The notes under the pieces: model-generated
What the model was told of the DNA's origin: nothing
Seen by the model: the letters and a program-made list of their open reading frames with translations, nothing else
Database searches by the model: none
Origin: Patescibacteria group bacterium
Lineage (GTDB): Bacteria > Patescibacteriota > Patescibacteriia > Patescibacteriales > WJLG01
DNA length: 64,000 nt
NCBI GenBank assembly: GCA_028707065.1
Contig: JAQTUZ010000001.1
Span: 98,737-162,736, forward strand
Reading direction: 5' to 3'
Program-made: the position numbers and the translations under genes
Shown: in pieces, positions 14,762 through 23,740 of the stretch
Position numbering within the stretch: the stretch's first letter is position 1
How the letters are laid out: the number at the start of each line of letters is the position of its first letter

Positions 14762-14926
14762 CATAAAATTAAAAATCAGTTTTTCTGATTTTTAATTTTA
14801 TCGGACGAAAGGGGGTTGAACTAGGCAGGAGCGAGGCAAATTTTCTGCTATTTCAGTAAGTAAATTGTAAATTTTGAAGCGCAAATTAATTTATAATTTG
14901 TAATTCATAATTTATAATTCCAGTAA

Positions 14927-15008
14927 GGGCATGTGGCGAAATTGGTAGACGCACACGCTTCAGGTGCGTGCGGAGCAATCCTTGAGAGTTCGAGTCTCTC
15001 CATGCCCA
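14927..15008 (+). tRNA. tRNA-Leu (anticodon CAG)
   Basis: Acceptor GGGCATG/CATGCCC, anticodon arm CACGC-TTCAGGT-GCGTG, long variable arm. Confidence 0.9.
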
Positions 15009-15134
15009 CTACATCAATTAAAAATTAAAAATGCAAAATTAAAAATATTTTAATTGACACGCAAATATTTATATTGTAAGGTAAATTCATTAATTGAATT
15101 TTTAACTTTTCACTTTTAATTTTTAATTGATTTT

Positions 15135-15211
15135 CGGGGTATGGCCTAACTGGCTATGGCGCACGCTTCGGGTGCGTGAGGTTCTGGGTTCAAATCCCAG
15201 TACCCCGACCA
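15135..15211 (+). tRNA. tRNA-Pro (anticodon CGG), CCA encoded
   Basis: Acceptor CGGGGTA/TACCCCG, anticodon arm CACGC-TTCGGGT-GCGTG, T-arm CTGGG-TTCAAAT-CCCAG, ACCA tail. Confidence 0.9.
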
Positions 15212-15218
15212 TTTTCAC

Positions 15219-15317
15219 GAGAGTTCTGGGGTTTCCGCGACATTCCGCCATGGGCGGATGCGCGGACCCGCTCGCGGCCCCTGGCCGACGTAGCGGGCAA
15301 GTCCCAGTACCCCGACA
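15219..15317 (+). pseudogene. duplicated 3' part of tRNA-Pro(CGG) with a family E element in the T-loop
   Basis: GAGAGTTCTGGGGTT [64 nt] AAGTCCCAGTACCCCGACA, starting 7 nt after the intact tRNA. Confidence 0.7.
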
Positions 15318-15321
15318 AATA

Positions 15322-15348
15322 AAAAAACGGCGAAAGCCGTTTTTTTTG
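15322..15348 (+). terminator. rho-independent terminator ending the tRNA cluster
   Basis: ACGGC-gaaa-GCCGT followed by a T8 run. Confidence 0.75.
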
Positions 15349-15484
15349 TTGGCATACAGCTTTTAAAAAAGTTGGAAAACAAATTCGCAGCCGTCTTATT
15401 TTTATGTTATAATAATCATATTCGTCGTGGCGCAAATTATACAGGGACTGCGGCTAAAAGCGGCTAGCGGTCATCCATTAATTT

Positions 15485-17230
15485 ATGCGAAGGAAAACGG
15501 CCAAGGAACCTGAAAAAAATATTTTCAGCAAATTAGGTTTGAAATTGATCATTCCTTTTTTTGCCATTTCTTTTATCGCCTTGCTTTTGATCGGCGGGCT
15601 TTTTTATTTTCAATATCAGGCGCAAATCAGCTTCGTGCAAAAGATCGAGCAGAATATTTCTTCCCCGGCCGCCGCTCGCGGGCTATTGGCGGAATTGCCG
15701 GCGCAGGAATTGGCGCGGGACAGGCAAATTTTTTATCTGGCCGGCGGCAGCGCGATTTTCATCCTTTTGCTTTTTATCGGTTTGATCATTTTTTTGATTT
15801 ATCGACAGTTGCTTAGGCCGTTGAGATCTTTCGAGCAAAAGATCGCCGAAATGAAAAAGGGCGGCCTTGATAATAAGATCAAGCTGGCGGCTACGGATGA
15901 ATTGGGCTATTTGGCGGATATTTTTAAGCAAATAAACGGTCATTTGCAAGAAACTTATGTCCGCGCGGAAGAGACGATCAAAAAAAGAACCAAAGACGCG
16001 GACAGGATGGTCGCGGTCTTGCAGAAGAAAAATTTAAAAATGAAGGATAAAGAAGCCACTCTGGCAAATCGGCTCGAAGACGCCTTTTTGCTGGAGAAAG
16101 AGCTGAAAGAAGGAAGGGATCGGGTGAGCGCGATCATCGCCTGCATGGGCGAAGGATTGATCGTCACCGACAAGGCGGGAAAAATTATTTCCCTTAATCC
16201 GGCCGCGGAATGGATGCTGAAAATAACCGCCAATAAGGTCGCCGGCCAGAATCTTGACGCCGTGGCGCCTCTTTTTATCGGCAAGGAGTGCGAGAAAAGG
16301 GTTCCGTTCGTGGATTATCCGACCATCAAGGCCATTCGCTTCAGAAAAATTTTGATTTTCAATCTGACCGATGACTATTATTTCTTATCGAAGTCGGGCG
16401 CGAAAATGGCGGTTATTTTATCATCTTCGCCGCTCTTGAAAGAAGGGAGGGTCTTCGGCGCCGTAACTATTTTCAGGAACATGAGCGCGGAGAAGCGGCT
16501 GGATGATGCCAAAAATAATTTTATTTCGATCGCTTCCCACCAATTGCGCACCCCGCTCACTTCAATGCGCTGGTTTTCCGAGATGCTTATTTCCGGAGAT
16601 GCCGGCGTCATCAATAAAAAGCAGACAAAATTCGTGGAGCGCATTTATCAGGGCACGGAGCGCATGATCAGGTTGGTGAATCTTCTCTTGCAGATCGCTC
16701 GCGTCGAGGCGGGCCGCGTCAAGATCGAGCCGATCCCCATTGATTTCAAAAATACCATCCAGGGAGTGGAGATCACGCTCAAGACTTTGCTGGAAGAGAA
16801 ATCGCAAAGATTGAAGATGATTTTCAAGCCCGATCCTTTTCCTTCCGTTTACATGGATCAGGAAGTGATTTGGCAGGTTTTTCAGAATTTGCTTTCCAAT
16901 GCCAGCCGTTACGCGTCCAGGAGAAGCACGATCACCGTAACCGCTGAAAAAAAAGGCGAGCTGGCGGAATTTTCCATCGCCGATAAAGGGATCGATATTC
17001 CCCACGACGCGCAAGACCGGATTTTCCATAAATTTTTCCGCGCGGAAAACGCCATCAAGATCGTCCCCGAGGGTTCGGGGCTGGGCTTGTCTTTGGTAAA
17101 ATCGCTGGTCGAGGGCTGGGGAGGGAAAATCTGGTTCAAATCCCAAAAAGGCAAGGGGACCACTTTTTATTTCACCGTTCCTCTCTCCGGCATGAAGCCG
17201 AAGCGCGGGGATGTGGGCTTGGCAATATAG
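15485..17230 (+). CDS. sensor histidine kinase (TM-HAMP-coiled coil-PAS-HisKA-HATPase)
   Basis: 581 aa; H-box SHQLRTPLTSM, N-box NLLSNASRY, G-boxes DKGIDI and GSGLGLSL. Confidence 0.9.
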   Translation: MRRKTAKEPEKNIFSKLGLKLIIPFFAISFIALLLIGGLFYFQYQAQISFVQKIEQNISSPAAARGLLAELPAQELARDRQIFYLAGGSAIFILLLFIGLIIFLIYRQLLRPLRSFEQKIAEMKKGGLDNKIKLAATDELGYLADIFKQINGHLQETYVRAEETIKKRTKDADRMVAVLQKKNLKMKDKEATLANRLEDAFLLEKELKEGRDRVSAIIACMGEGLIVTDKAGKIISLNPAAEWMLKITANKVAGQNLDAVAPLFIGKECEKRVPFVDYPTIKAIRFRKILIFNLTDDYYFLSKSGAKMAVILSSSPLLKEGRVFGAVTIFRNMSAEKRLDDAKNNFISIASHQLRTPLTSMRWFSEMLISGDAGVINKKQTKFVERIYQGTERMIRLVNLLLQIARVEAGRVKIEPIPIDFKNTIQGVEITLKTLLEEKSQRLKMIFKPDPFPSVYMDQEVIWQVFQNLLSNASRYASRRSTITVTAEKKGELAEFSIADKGIDIPHDAQDRIFHKFFRAENAIKIVPEGSGLGLSLVKSLVEGWGGKIWFKSQKGKGTTFYFTVPLSGMKPKRGDVGLAI

Positions 17231-17392
17231 CGAATAAAGCAAAAAACAAAAAGTAAAATTTTTTTCAAGGCAGGCTAACCATTAACCGGAAGAATCAATT
17301 GCTCGGGATTAAGCCGTAAAAAATTAGGGATTAATCCCGAACAGTTGAACGGTTCAGCTGTTTAAACACGCACCTTTTACAAGGGAGCTATC

Positions 17393-18559
17393 ATGGACAG
17401 AAGAGAAGCGCTGGAAAAATTTGTTCCTGGCGAAAGGCGGCCTTGGGCATTGGACGTTCTTCAATTGCCGGATAGAGAAATTATTCCCCTGAAAAATAAT
17501 TTTCATGACGCGGTCATCAGGGGGATTTACTCGAATTATTTTGAAGGGCAACAAATTCTTGCCGCCAGTGGAGATTATACGTTTAAGGGGGGAAATCTGG
17601 AAATTTCTCGCGGGTTTTTGATGAATAATTGCGCACCGTTCAGCTTGAGTGATTGGCATGCCCAGCAGCTGCAATGGCAGTTAGCGCGGATAAATAAAAA
17701 AATAGAGCGTTACGCGGTTGTCGGCACTGATGCCAGTCTGGCGCAAGCTTTAAATGTTTATTTTTTGCTGGAAGATGTTGTCATCCATGTTTTCGAGCAA
17801 AATCCGGAAAGCATAAAATGCGCCAAGCAGTTAGCGGAGAGTTTAGGGTTAGGCAGTGTTTTTAATTTTCATCAAGGCGATGCCGCCGCAATATTGCCGG
17901 AGGTGGCGGAAGAAATCGGCGGGTTTGACGTGATTGATCTGCAGTTGGTTCTGCAGCATCTGCGAGGCGATTCTTTCAATAAATTTTGGGAAGGAGCGGT
18001 GGGCGCTTTAAAAACCGGCGGTTTGATAAAGATCAATGAATTAATGATCGGCACGCTCGGTTTGGTAAAGACATATGACAGTAAAGATTCTGTTTTAGCC
18101 GCGAAAAAAATTATTGAAAGTTATTTTTTCGGCGATAATGGTCCAAAAGTTCCAAGTTTTCTCAATGTCGGCTGGCATTGGCCCAAAGGCCACGCCTGGG
18201 GAAACAAAGAAAGGCTGGTTGGCGATATTCTAGCGTGCACAGGAGAAAAATTAATTCTTCGCGAAGATTTCGGGCTCTCTTTGCCGGAGAAGGAAAGTTT
18301 TTCTGGCGATGTTCTTCGCTTGACCGGCTTAAGATACGTAGTGGCAAGTTTGGCGGCGGCCATGGCTGCCAAAGCCAATTCTTTAAAGGGTGTTCAAGGC
18401 CAAGAAGAGATGGCTGGAAAGTTTGCCGGTTTAGCCGCTTGGGCTTTTAAAGAAGGCCGACGAGTGGATGAAATTCTCACCGGCCAGGAATTCGAGAAAA
18501 GATTATTCAGCGTCAATTTTTCAGAAGTTGCCGGGATAGTCTTGGAAAAAGCAGTTTGA
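17393..18559 (+). CDS. hypothetical protein, possibly a degenerate class I methyltransferase fold
   Basis: 388 aa; YAVVGTDAS...VHVFEQNP...FDVIDLQLVLQHL resembles Rossmann MTase motifs I-IV but lacks a canonical GxGxG. Confidence 0.4.
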   Translation: MDRREALEKFVPGERRPWALDVLQLPDREIIPLKNNFHDAVIRGIYSNYFEGQQILAASGDYTFKGGNLEISRGFLMNNCAPFSLSDWHAQQLQWQLARINKKIERYAVVGTDASLAQALNVYFLLEDVVIHVFEQNPESIKCAKQLAESLGLGSVFNFHQGDAAAILPEVAEEIGGFDVIDLQLVLQHLRGDSFNKFWEGAVGALKTGGLIKINELMIGTLGLVKTYDSKDSVLAAKKIIESYFFGDNGPKVPSFLNVGWHWPKGHAWGNKERLVGDILACTGEKLILREDFGLSLPEKESFSGDVLRLTGLRYVVASLAAAMAAKANSLKGVQGQEEMAGKFAGLAAWAFKEGRRVDEILTGQEFEKRLFSVNFSEVAGIVLEKAV

Positions 18560-18672
18560 ACAAAAGTGTGGCGTGAAATTCTGTTTAACATAATTTCACG
18601 CCACACCGCTTAATTCCACTTTTGTTAAATTTTTAAAGCAGCGAGTTTTTCTTAATTAATAAATCACCAACG

Positions 18673-20763
18673 ATGTTGCATTATATTCAACTAGGGCTAA
18701 TTATTATTATTTCTTTGGTTAATTTTTTATTAGCGCTTATTGTTTTGCGAAATAATCCCCGAAATATTATTAATAAAGTTTTTTTTCTGATCAGTGTTTT
18801 TTTGGGCCTTTGGGGATTTTCCCTCCTCTTTTATCAATTTCCCCTTATTTTTTCCAGCCTGGCTTGGATTAAAATGACTTATCTGTCAGCTTCTTTTTAT
18901 TTAATCTTTGTTTTAGCTTTTTCTTTTATTTTCCCCACCGCTATTTATCGCCAATTTTGGCGCCCGGCGGCGTTTTTTAGCTTGATCTTTTTGGCCGTAA
19001 CGATTTGGCTGTTATTTTTTACAAAAATTTGGATAATTGACGTGGTGGTTGATCCGCAAAAGGGCTTGCAAACTATTTGGGGAAACGGTTATTATTTATG
19101 GCTGCTTATTATTTGGATCAGTATTATCTGGACCTTTATCAATCTTATTATTAAAAGCCGCCATTCTTCAGGATTGCGAAAACTGCAATTAAAATTTTTT
19201 TCTTATTCGTTTGTTTTGTTTTCTTTTTTAGTCACTGTTTCCGACGGAATAGTTCCGATTTTTTTTAATGATACCCGCCTTTTTTATACTAGCGCTATTT
19301 TTAGCATTATTTTCAGCGGCGTCACCGCTTACGCGATTTTGAAACACCGCTTTATGGATATTCATCTGGTGGTCGCCCGCTCGATCTCTTATTTTCTTTT
19401 GCTTTTTTCTTTCGGCGTTTTTTATTCGCTGACCTTATTCCTTTGCGCCACTTTTATTATCGCCGAGCCGATCGCCATCGGCACTTATGCCTTGTTTTCT
19501 TTGATCGCTTTGGCCGTTGCTTTTTCTTTTCAGCCGCTGCTGGCTTTTTTTCAAAGAATCACCGACAATATTTTTTACAAGCAAAATTATAACGAATCCC
19601 GCCTGCTCTATGACTTGGCGCTCTTGATGGCTTCGACTTTCAGCTTGGTGGAATTGACGGACAAATTGCTGGAAAAGATCATGGCCGCGATCCGCGTCAG
19701 CTTCGGCGCTTTCGTTTTGATCGACAATAAGAAAATTTTTCATCTGGTCCAGCGGGGCTATGCCGGGAAGATGAAAATTTCCGACGGCGATATTTCCCGG
19801 TTCGTCAAACAGACGCAGATAGTTTTATTCGATGAATTGCCGGAAAACGCGCTGAAAGAAACGATGCGGCGGTTGAATATCAATGTTATCATTCCTTTGC
19901 GCGTCAAAGGAGAAACCGAAGATGTTTTGATCTTCGGCGAAAAGCTTTCCGGCAACCCTTATACCGATAAAGATATCAGTTTTTTCCAGGTTTTTGCTTC
20001 AGCCGCGTCCGCGGCGATCAAAAATGTTTCCAACGTCGAGCAGATTATGCGGCTTGATGAGCTGAAGTCCGAGTTCGTCAATGTTGTTTCGCACCAATTG
20101 CGCACGCCGCTTTCCGTCGCCCGCTGGAATTTCGAGATGATCTTGGATAATGTTTTCGGCAAATTGCCGCCCAAAGTGGAACAGATCACCCGGGACACGT
20201 ATTTGCAATTCGTTACGCTCAATCGGGGCTTGAATAATCTGATGGCGGTTTTGGAGATTGAAAAAAATGAAGTGCTGATGAAGTATGATAAAATCGATAT
20301 TGATCAGGCGATTATCAAGGAAGTGATCAGCGATCTCGCTGAAGTGATCAAAGAAAAAAAGATCACGATCAAGCAAGAAAATCCGATTGCCAGAAAATTC
20401 AGCCTTGACCAAAAGAAAATAAAAGCGGTTTTTGAGATTATTCTGGATAATGCCATCCGCTATTCTCCGGACGGCTCAACCATTACTATTTCCCAGACCT
20501 TGCGGAAGGGCAAGAGAAAAAATGAAATTTTGATTTCCGTGGCTGATCGCGGGATCGGCATTTTGTCCGTTAACAAGGAAGCGATTTTTACCAAATTTTT
20601 TCGCGGCGAGGAGGCGAAAAAAATGTCGCCGGACGGTTTTGGCCTGGGGCTTTTTATGGCGAAAAAATATGTCAAATATCACGGCGGAGATCTTTGGTTT
20701 GAAAAAAACAAAGCCGGCGGCTCGACCTTTAGCTTTTTTATTCCCGAGAGAACGGGAAAATAA
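18673..20763 (+). CDS. sensor histidine kinase with a large polytopic N-terminal membrane domain
   Basis: 696 aa; about 8-9 TM helices, central GAF-like region, H-box SHQLRTPLSVA, ATPase motifs DRGIGI and GFGLGL. Confidence 0.85.
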   Translation: MLHYIQLGLIIIISLVNFLLALIVLRNNPRNIINKVFFLISVFLGLWGFSLLFYQFPLIFSSLAWIKMTYLSASFYLIFVLAFSFIFPTAIYRQFWRPAAFFSLIFLAVTIWLLFFTKIWIIDVVVDPQKGLQTIWGNGYYLWLLIIWISIIWTFINLIIKSRHSSGLRKLQLKFFSYSFVLFSFLVTVSDGIVPIFFNDTRLFYTSAIFSIIFSGVTAYAILKHRFMDIHLVVARSISYFLLLFSFGVFYSLTLFLCATFIIAEPIAIGTYALFSLIALAVAFSFQPLLAFFQRITDNIFYKQNYNESRLLYDLALLMASTFSLVELTDKLLEKIMAAIRVSFGAFVLIDNKKIFHLVQRGYAGKMKISDGDISRFVKQTQIVLFDELPENALKETMRRLNINVIIPLRVKGETEDVLIFGEKLSGNPYTDKDISFFQVFASAASAAIKNVSNVEQIMRLDELKSEFVNVVSHQLRTPLSVARWNFEMILDNVFGKLPPKVEQITRDTYLQFVTLNRGLNNLMAVLEIEKNEVLMKYDKIDIDQAIIKEVISDLAEVIKEKKITIKQENPIARKFSLDQKKIKAVFEIILDNAIRYSPDGSTITISQTLRKGKRKNEILISVADRGIGILSVNKEAIFTKFFRGEEAKKMSPDGFGLGLFMAKKYVKYHGGDLWFEKNKAGGSTFSFFIPERTGK

Positions 20764-20794
20764 TTTGCGAGCGTTGAATGATTATGAAACGCTC

Positions 20795-20830
20795 TCATCC
20801 CGATCCCGCCCTAGCGGGAGAGGGATCCCT
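20795..20830 (+). repeat. family C hairpin (ATCCC/GGGAT variant)
   Basis: TCATCCCGATCCCGCCCTAGCGGGAGAGGGATCC, collinear with the reverse complement of 38241-38280. Confidence 0.7.
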
Positions 20831-20945
20831 TTATCTTAAGTCACGAGCATGTCCCGACAAACAATGATGATGTTTTAAACTATTCAACAGCTTAATTTAA
20901 TCAGATAACTGCAAAATATTTTTTTGCGATTATCCCCATAATTAT

Positions 20946-21326
20946 ATGGCCATTAGCCAGACAAAAAAAATTCTGCTCATTGAAGACGACAAGCCCACCG
21001 TCAAGATCGTTAAGCTGATGCTGGAACAGGAGGGCTATGAAGTTTCCGTCGCCGGAGACGGCGAAAAAGCGATCGAGGCCTTGAAGAATCCGGCCGACTT
21101 GATCCTCTTGGATCTGCTGATCCCGAAAATAGACGGCTTCCAGGTTTTGAAGATCATCCGGCAAGAAAAAAAGCTCAAGCTGCCGGTGGTCGTCTTTTCG
21201 AATTTGAGCCGGCAAAGAGACATCGAACAGGCCGCCGAATTGGGTGCCAATGATTATTTGGTCAAAAGCGAATTTTCCGCCGGCAAGCTCAAACAGAAGA
21301 TCAATAATTTTTTTAACGCGAAATAA
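20946..21326 (+). CDS. stand-alone response regulator receiver protein (CheY-like) 1
   Basis: 126 aa; LLIEDD, phospho-acceptor LILLDLLIP, VVVFSN, YLVKS. Confidence 0.9.
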   Translation: MAISQTKKILLIEDDKPTVKIVKLMLEQEGYEVSVAGDGEKAIEALKNPADLILLDLLIPKIDGFQVLKIIRQEKKLKLPVVVFSNLSRQRDIEQAAELGANDYLVKSEFSAGKLKQKINNFFNAK

Positions 21327-21414
21327 TTCGGATCAGAAGGCGCCAGCTTCTTCGGGCTCGCCTTGATTGTTTTTTATAATTAAGAAAAGAATTTTTTAAT
21401 CACCCTAATCTATT

Positions 21415-21813
21415 ATGAGGAAGCAAAAAAAAGAAAATACCGGTTTAAAAACAATTTTAGTGATTGAAGATGAGCTGCCTTTGCGCGAGGCGATCAGCAT
21501 TAAATTGGCCAAAGAAGGATTTCTCTGCCTGCTGGCCGAGACTGCCGAGGCCGGGCTTAAAATTCTGGAGCAAGAAAAGCCGGATCTGATCTGGCTGGAT
21601 TTGCTCATGCCCGGGATGGGCGGATTCGCTTTCTTGGAAAAAATCCGCCAACAGCCGAAACTGCGCGATCTTCCCGTGGTAATCGTTTCCGTTTCCGCCA
21701 GCCCGGAAAAGATCCGCCTGGCTTTTGGGCTTAACGTCGTTGATTATCTGGTAAAAAGCCAGTTTCGGCTGGCCGATATTGTCGGGCGCATCGGGGGCTA
21801 TATTAAAAAATGA
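21415..21813 (+). CDS. stand-alone response regulator receiver protein 2
   Basis: 132 aa; LVIEDE, LIWLDLLMP, VVIVSVS, YLVKS. Confidence 0.9.
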   Translation: MRKQKKENTGLKTILVIEDELPLREAISIKLAKEGFLCLLAETAEAGLKILEQEKPDLIWLDLLMPGMGGFAFLEKIRQQPKLRDLPVVIVSVSASPEKIRLAFGLNVVDYLVKSQFRLADIVGRIGGYIKK

Positions 21814-22015
21814 GCCGTGGATTCCGAATTATTGATGTTCTATTGTTTTTTATGGTATGATATATCTATGATATGCCACAGATAGCGGCCGAGGGAAAAA
21901 GGATAAAATAAAGGAAAATCGGCCAAGGGCGTATTTATCAGCCGAAAAGAGCGGCGGCGATGACCCGCAAATTTTATGATAATCGTTAATAATTAATAGC
22001 CGGGGCTGATTTGCT

Positions 22016-22432
22016 ATGAGCATTAATCAAAAAAAGAAAATTATCCTGATTGTCGAAGATGAGCAGGCGTTGCAGGACGCTTTAAAGATGAAATTTGAAA
22101 AAGAGGGGGTCGAAGTGCTGACGGCCGGCACCGGCGAAGAGGCGCTTGAGGTTTTGAAAAAAAAGCGGCCCGTCCTGATATCGTTGGATATCCTTTTGCC
22201 GAAAATGAACGGCCTGGAAGTGCTCAAAAAGATCAGAGCAGACTCCAGGTTGCGCGATCTGCCGGTAGTGGTAGTGAGCGTTTCCGGCGGACAAGAAAAG
22301 ATCCGCCAGGCTTTTTCCCTGGGAATCGTTGATTATTTGGTTAAAAGCGAATATAAGATCGAAAATATCGTCAAAAAAATAATGGCGATCATGGAAAAAT
22401 TTTATGCCGAAAAAAATTACAGCCAAAAGTAA
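22016..22432 (+). CDS. stand-alone response regulator receiver protein 3
   Basis: 138 aa; LIVEDE, LISLDILLP, VVVVSVS, YLVKS. Confidence 0.9.
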   Translation: MSINQKKKIILIVEDEQALQDALKMKFEKEGVEVLTAGTGEEALEVLKKKRPVLISLDILLPKMNGLEVLKKIRADSRLRDLPVVVVSVSGGQEKIRQAFSLGIVDYLVKSEYKIENIVKKIMAIMEKFYAEKNYSQK

Positions 22433-22802
22433 AAAATGGGTTTTTATCATCGAAGACGATGTTTTTATCAACCGGGCCTATAAGGCGAAATTCGCCCACG
22501 AGGGCATTGAGGTAAAAATAGCGGAAGACGGAGAAAAAGCTTTGCAAATGCTGAAGAAGGGTGAAATGCCGGCGCTGATATTGCTTGATCTGATGCTGCC
22601 CAACAAAAGCGGATTTGAAGTGCTCGCGGAAATAAAACAAGATGACAGATTGAAAAATATTCCGGTGCTGATTTTGACGAATTTGGCCCAGGAATTGGAT
22701 ACTGATCGCGGTATCACCTTGGGCGCCGAGGAATATCTGGTGAAAGCCGATATGAAGATCGAAGATCTGGTCAAGAAAGTTCAGCGATATTTGGAAAAAT
22801 AA
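22404..22802 (+). CDS. stand-alone response regulator receiver protein 4
   Basis: 132 aa; FIIEDD, LILLDLMLP, VLILTN, YLVKA; overlaps the previous gene by 29 nt. Confidence 0.85.
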   Translation: MPKKITAKSKKWVFIIEDDVFINRAYKAKFAHEGIEVKIAEDGEKALQMLKKGEMPALILLDLMLPNKSGFEVLAEIKQDDRLKNIPVLILTNLAQELDTDRGITLGAEEYLVKADMKIEDLVKKVQRYLEK

Positions 22803-22837
22803 ACAGGTTCATATAATTAAAATTAATAAATAAACCC

Positions 22838-23545
22838 ATGTATTATCAACAAAACATGAGAAAAGCGCAGGAGGGATTCACTCTCTTGGAATTGCTGATC
22901 GTGATCACGATCATCGCGATTCTGTCCGTGGCTCTGGTCTTCATCCTGAACCCGGCGGAAACTTTGCAAAAGTCCCGCGACACCCAGCGCATGGCCGACT
23001 TGTCAACTTTGAAGACGGCGATCGGAATTTATCTGACCTCGACCTCCACTCCTCTGCTTGACAATGTCGCGAACAACCTTTGCCTGGGCGGAACCGGTAA
23101 CGCTACTGTTTGGTATAGCGCGGATCAGACTACGGCTGGCTCTATCACTGATACAGCTTATCCTACCGGCTTCGCGGCTTTTACGCAGCGCGCTACGGCT
23201 GCCGCGTCCGCTCCGGTTGACGGTACGGGCTGGGTGCCGGTTAAACTAACTTCAATTATCGGTGGTTCGCCGATCTCGTCAATGCCGGCCGATCCGGTAA
23301 ATAAATTGGTAGTTGCCGCCGCCACAAATCCCAGCACGCTTAATGCGTTAACCTATAACGCTTTAACTTATCGCTATGCTTGCCGGCTGTCTCCCTTGAC
23401 CTTTGAAATTAATGCCAAATTGGAAAGCGCGGCCTATGGCGTGGGCGGCTCCGATGATAAATCAACCAAAGACGGCGGAAATAATGCCAATCTTTATGAG
23501 GTCGGTACAGATTTGACGATCCTTCCGGGAACACCTGATTTTTAA
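22838..23545 (+). CDS. type IV pilin (prepilin-type N-terminal cleavage/methylation domain)
   Basis: Leader MYYQQNMRKAQEG then FTLLELLIVITIIAIL with Glu at +5. Confidence 0.85.
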   Translation: MYYQQNMRKAQEGFTLLELLIVITIIAILSVALVFILNPAETLQKSRDTQRMADLSTLKTAIGIYLTSTSTPLLDNVANNLCLGGTGNATVWYSADQTTAGSITDTAYPTGFAAFTQRATAAASAPVDGTGWVPVKLTSIIGGSPISSMPADPVNKLVVAAATNPSTLNALTYNALTYRYACRLSPLTFEINAKLESAAYGVGGSDDKSTKDGGNNANLYEVGTDLTILPGTPDF

Positions 23546-23740
23546 GCTAATAAGCCAGAATTGAAGGTAATAGATAATTATCCGGGGAGTCTGCAAAGAC
23601 TCCCCGGGTTGATATTATGGCAGTATTAGGCAAATATATTATATTAACGTTGTTGGGGAAATTATGATATAATTAGTGCAGATAAGAACGCGAATTTGTT
23701 TTTACGCCTTTGTTTTTGCGTAATCAATTTCTTTAAAGCG

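Noticed and set aside
16562-17242. Long antisense or alternative-frame ORFs inside well-supported genes: 16562-17242, 26599-27219, 43939-44550, 49895-50440, 57348-58148, 58899-60039, 62742-63445, and the many ORFs inside 29643-33833
   Set aside because: Each overlaps a gene with strong family motifs (histidine kinase, pilC, ABC transporter, spermidine synthase-like, pyrC, pyrK-pyrD, guaA, giant surface protein). Their translations are arginine/glycine/proline-rich and lack start-site signals.
21814-22015. Riboswitch or small ORF in the 200-nt gap between receiver genes 2 and 3
   Set aside because: Only a promoter-like TG-extended -10 box is visible. There is no convincing conserved RNA motif, and the only ATG-initiated frames stop after a few codons.
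23696-23740. TTG start at 23696 for the membrane protein after the pilin gene, and similar alternative-start extensions at 49322, 11532, 12729, 33784 and 55163
   Set aside because: The extensions begin at TTG or distant ATG codons inside promoter-like or upstream-gene sequence and add non-hydrophobic junk before a clean signal/TM or conserved N-terminus. In-frame ATGs closer to the conserved part were preferred.
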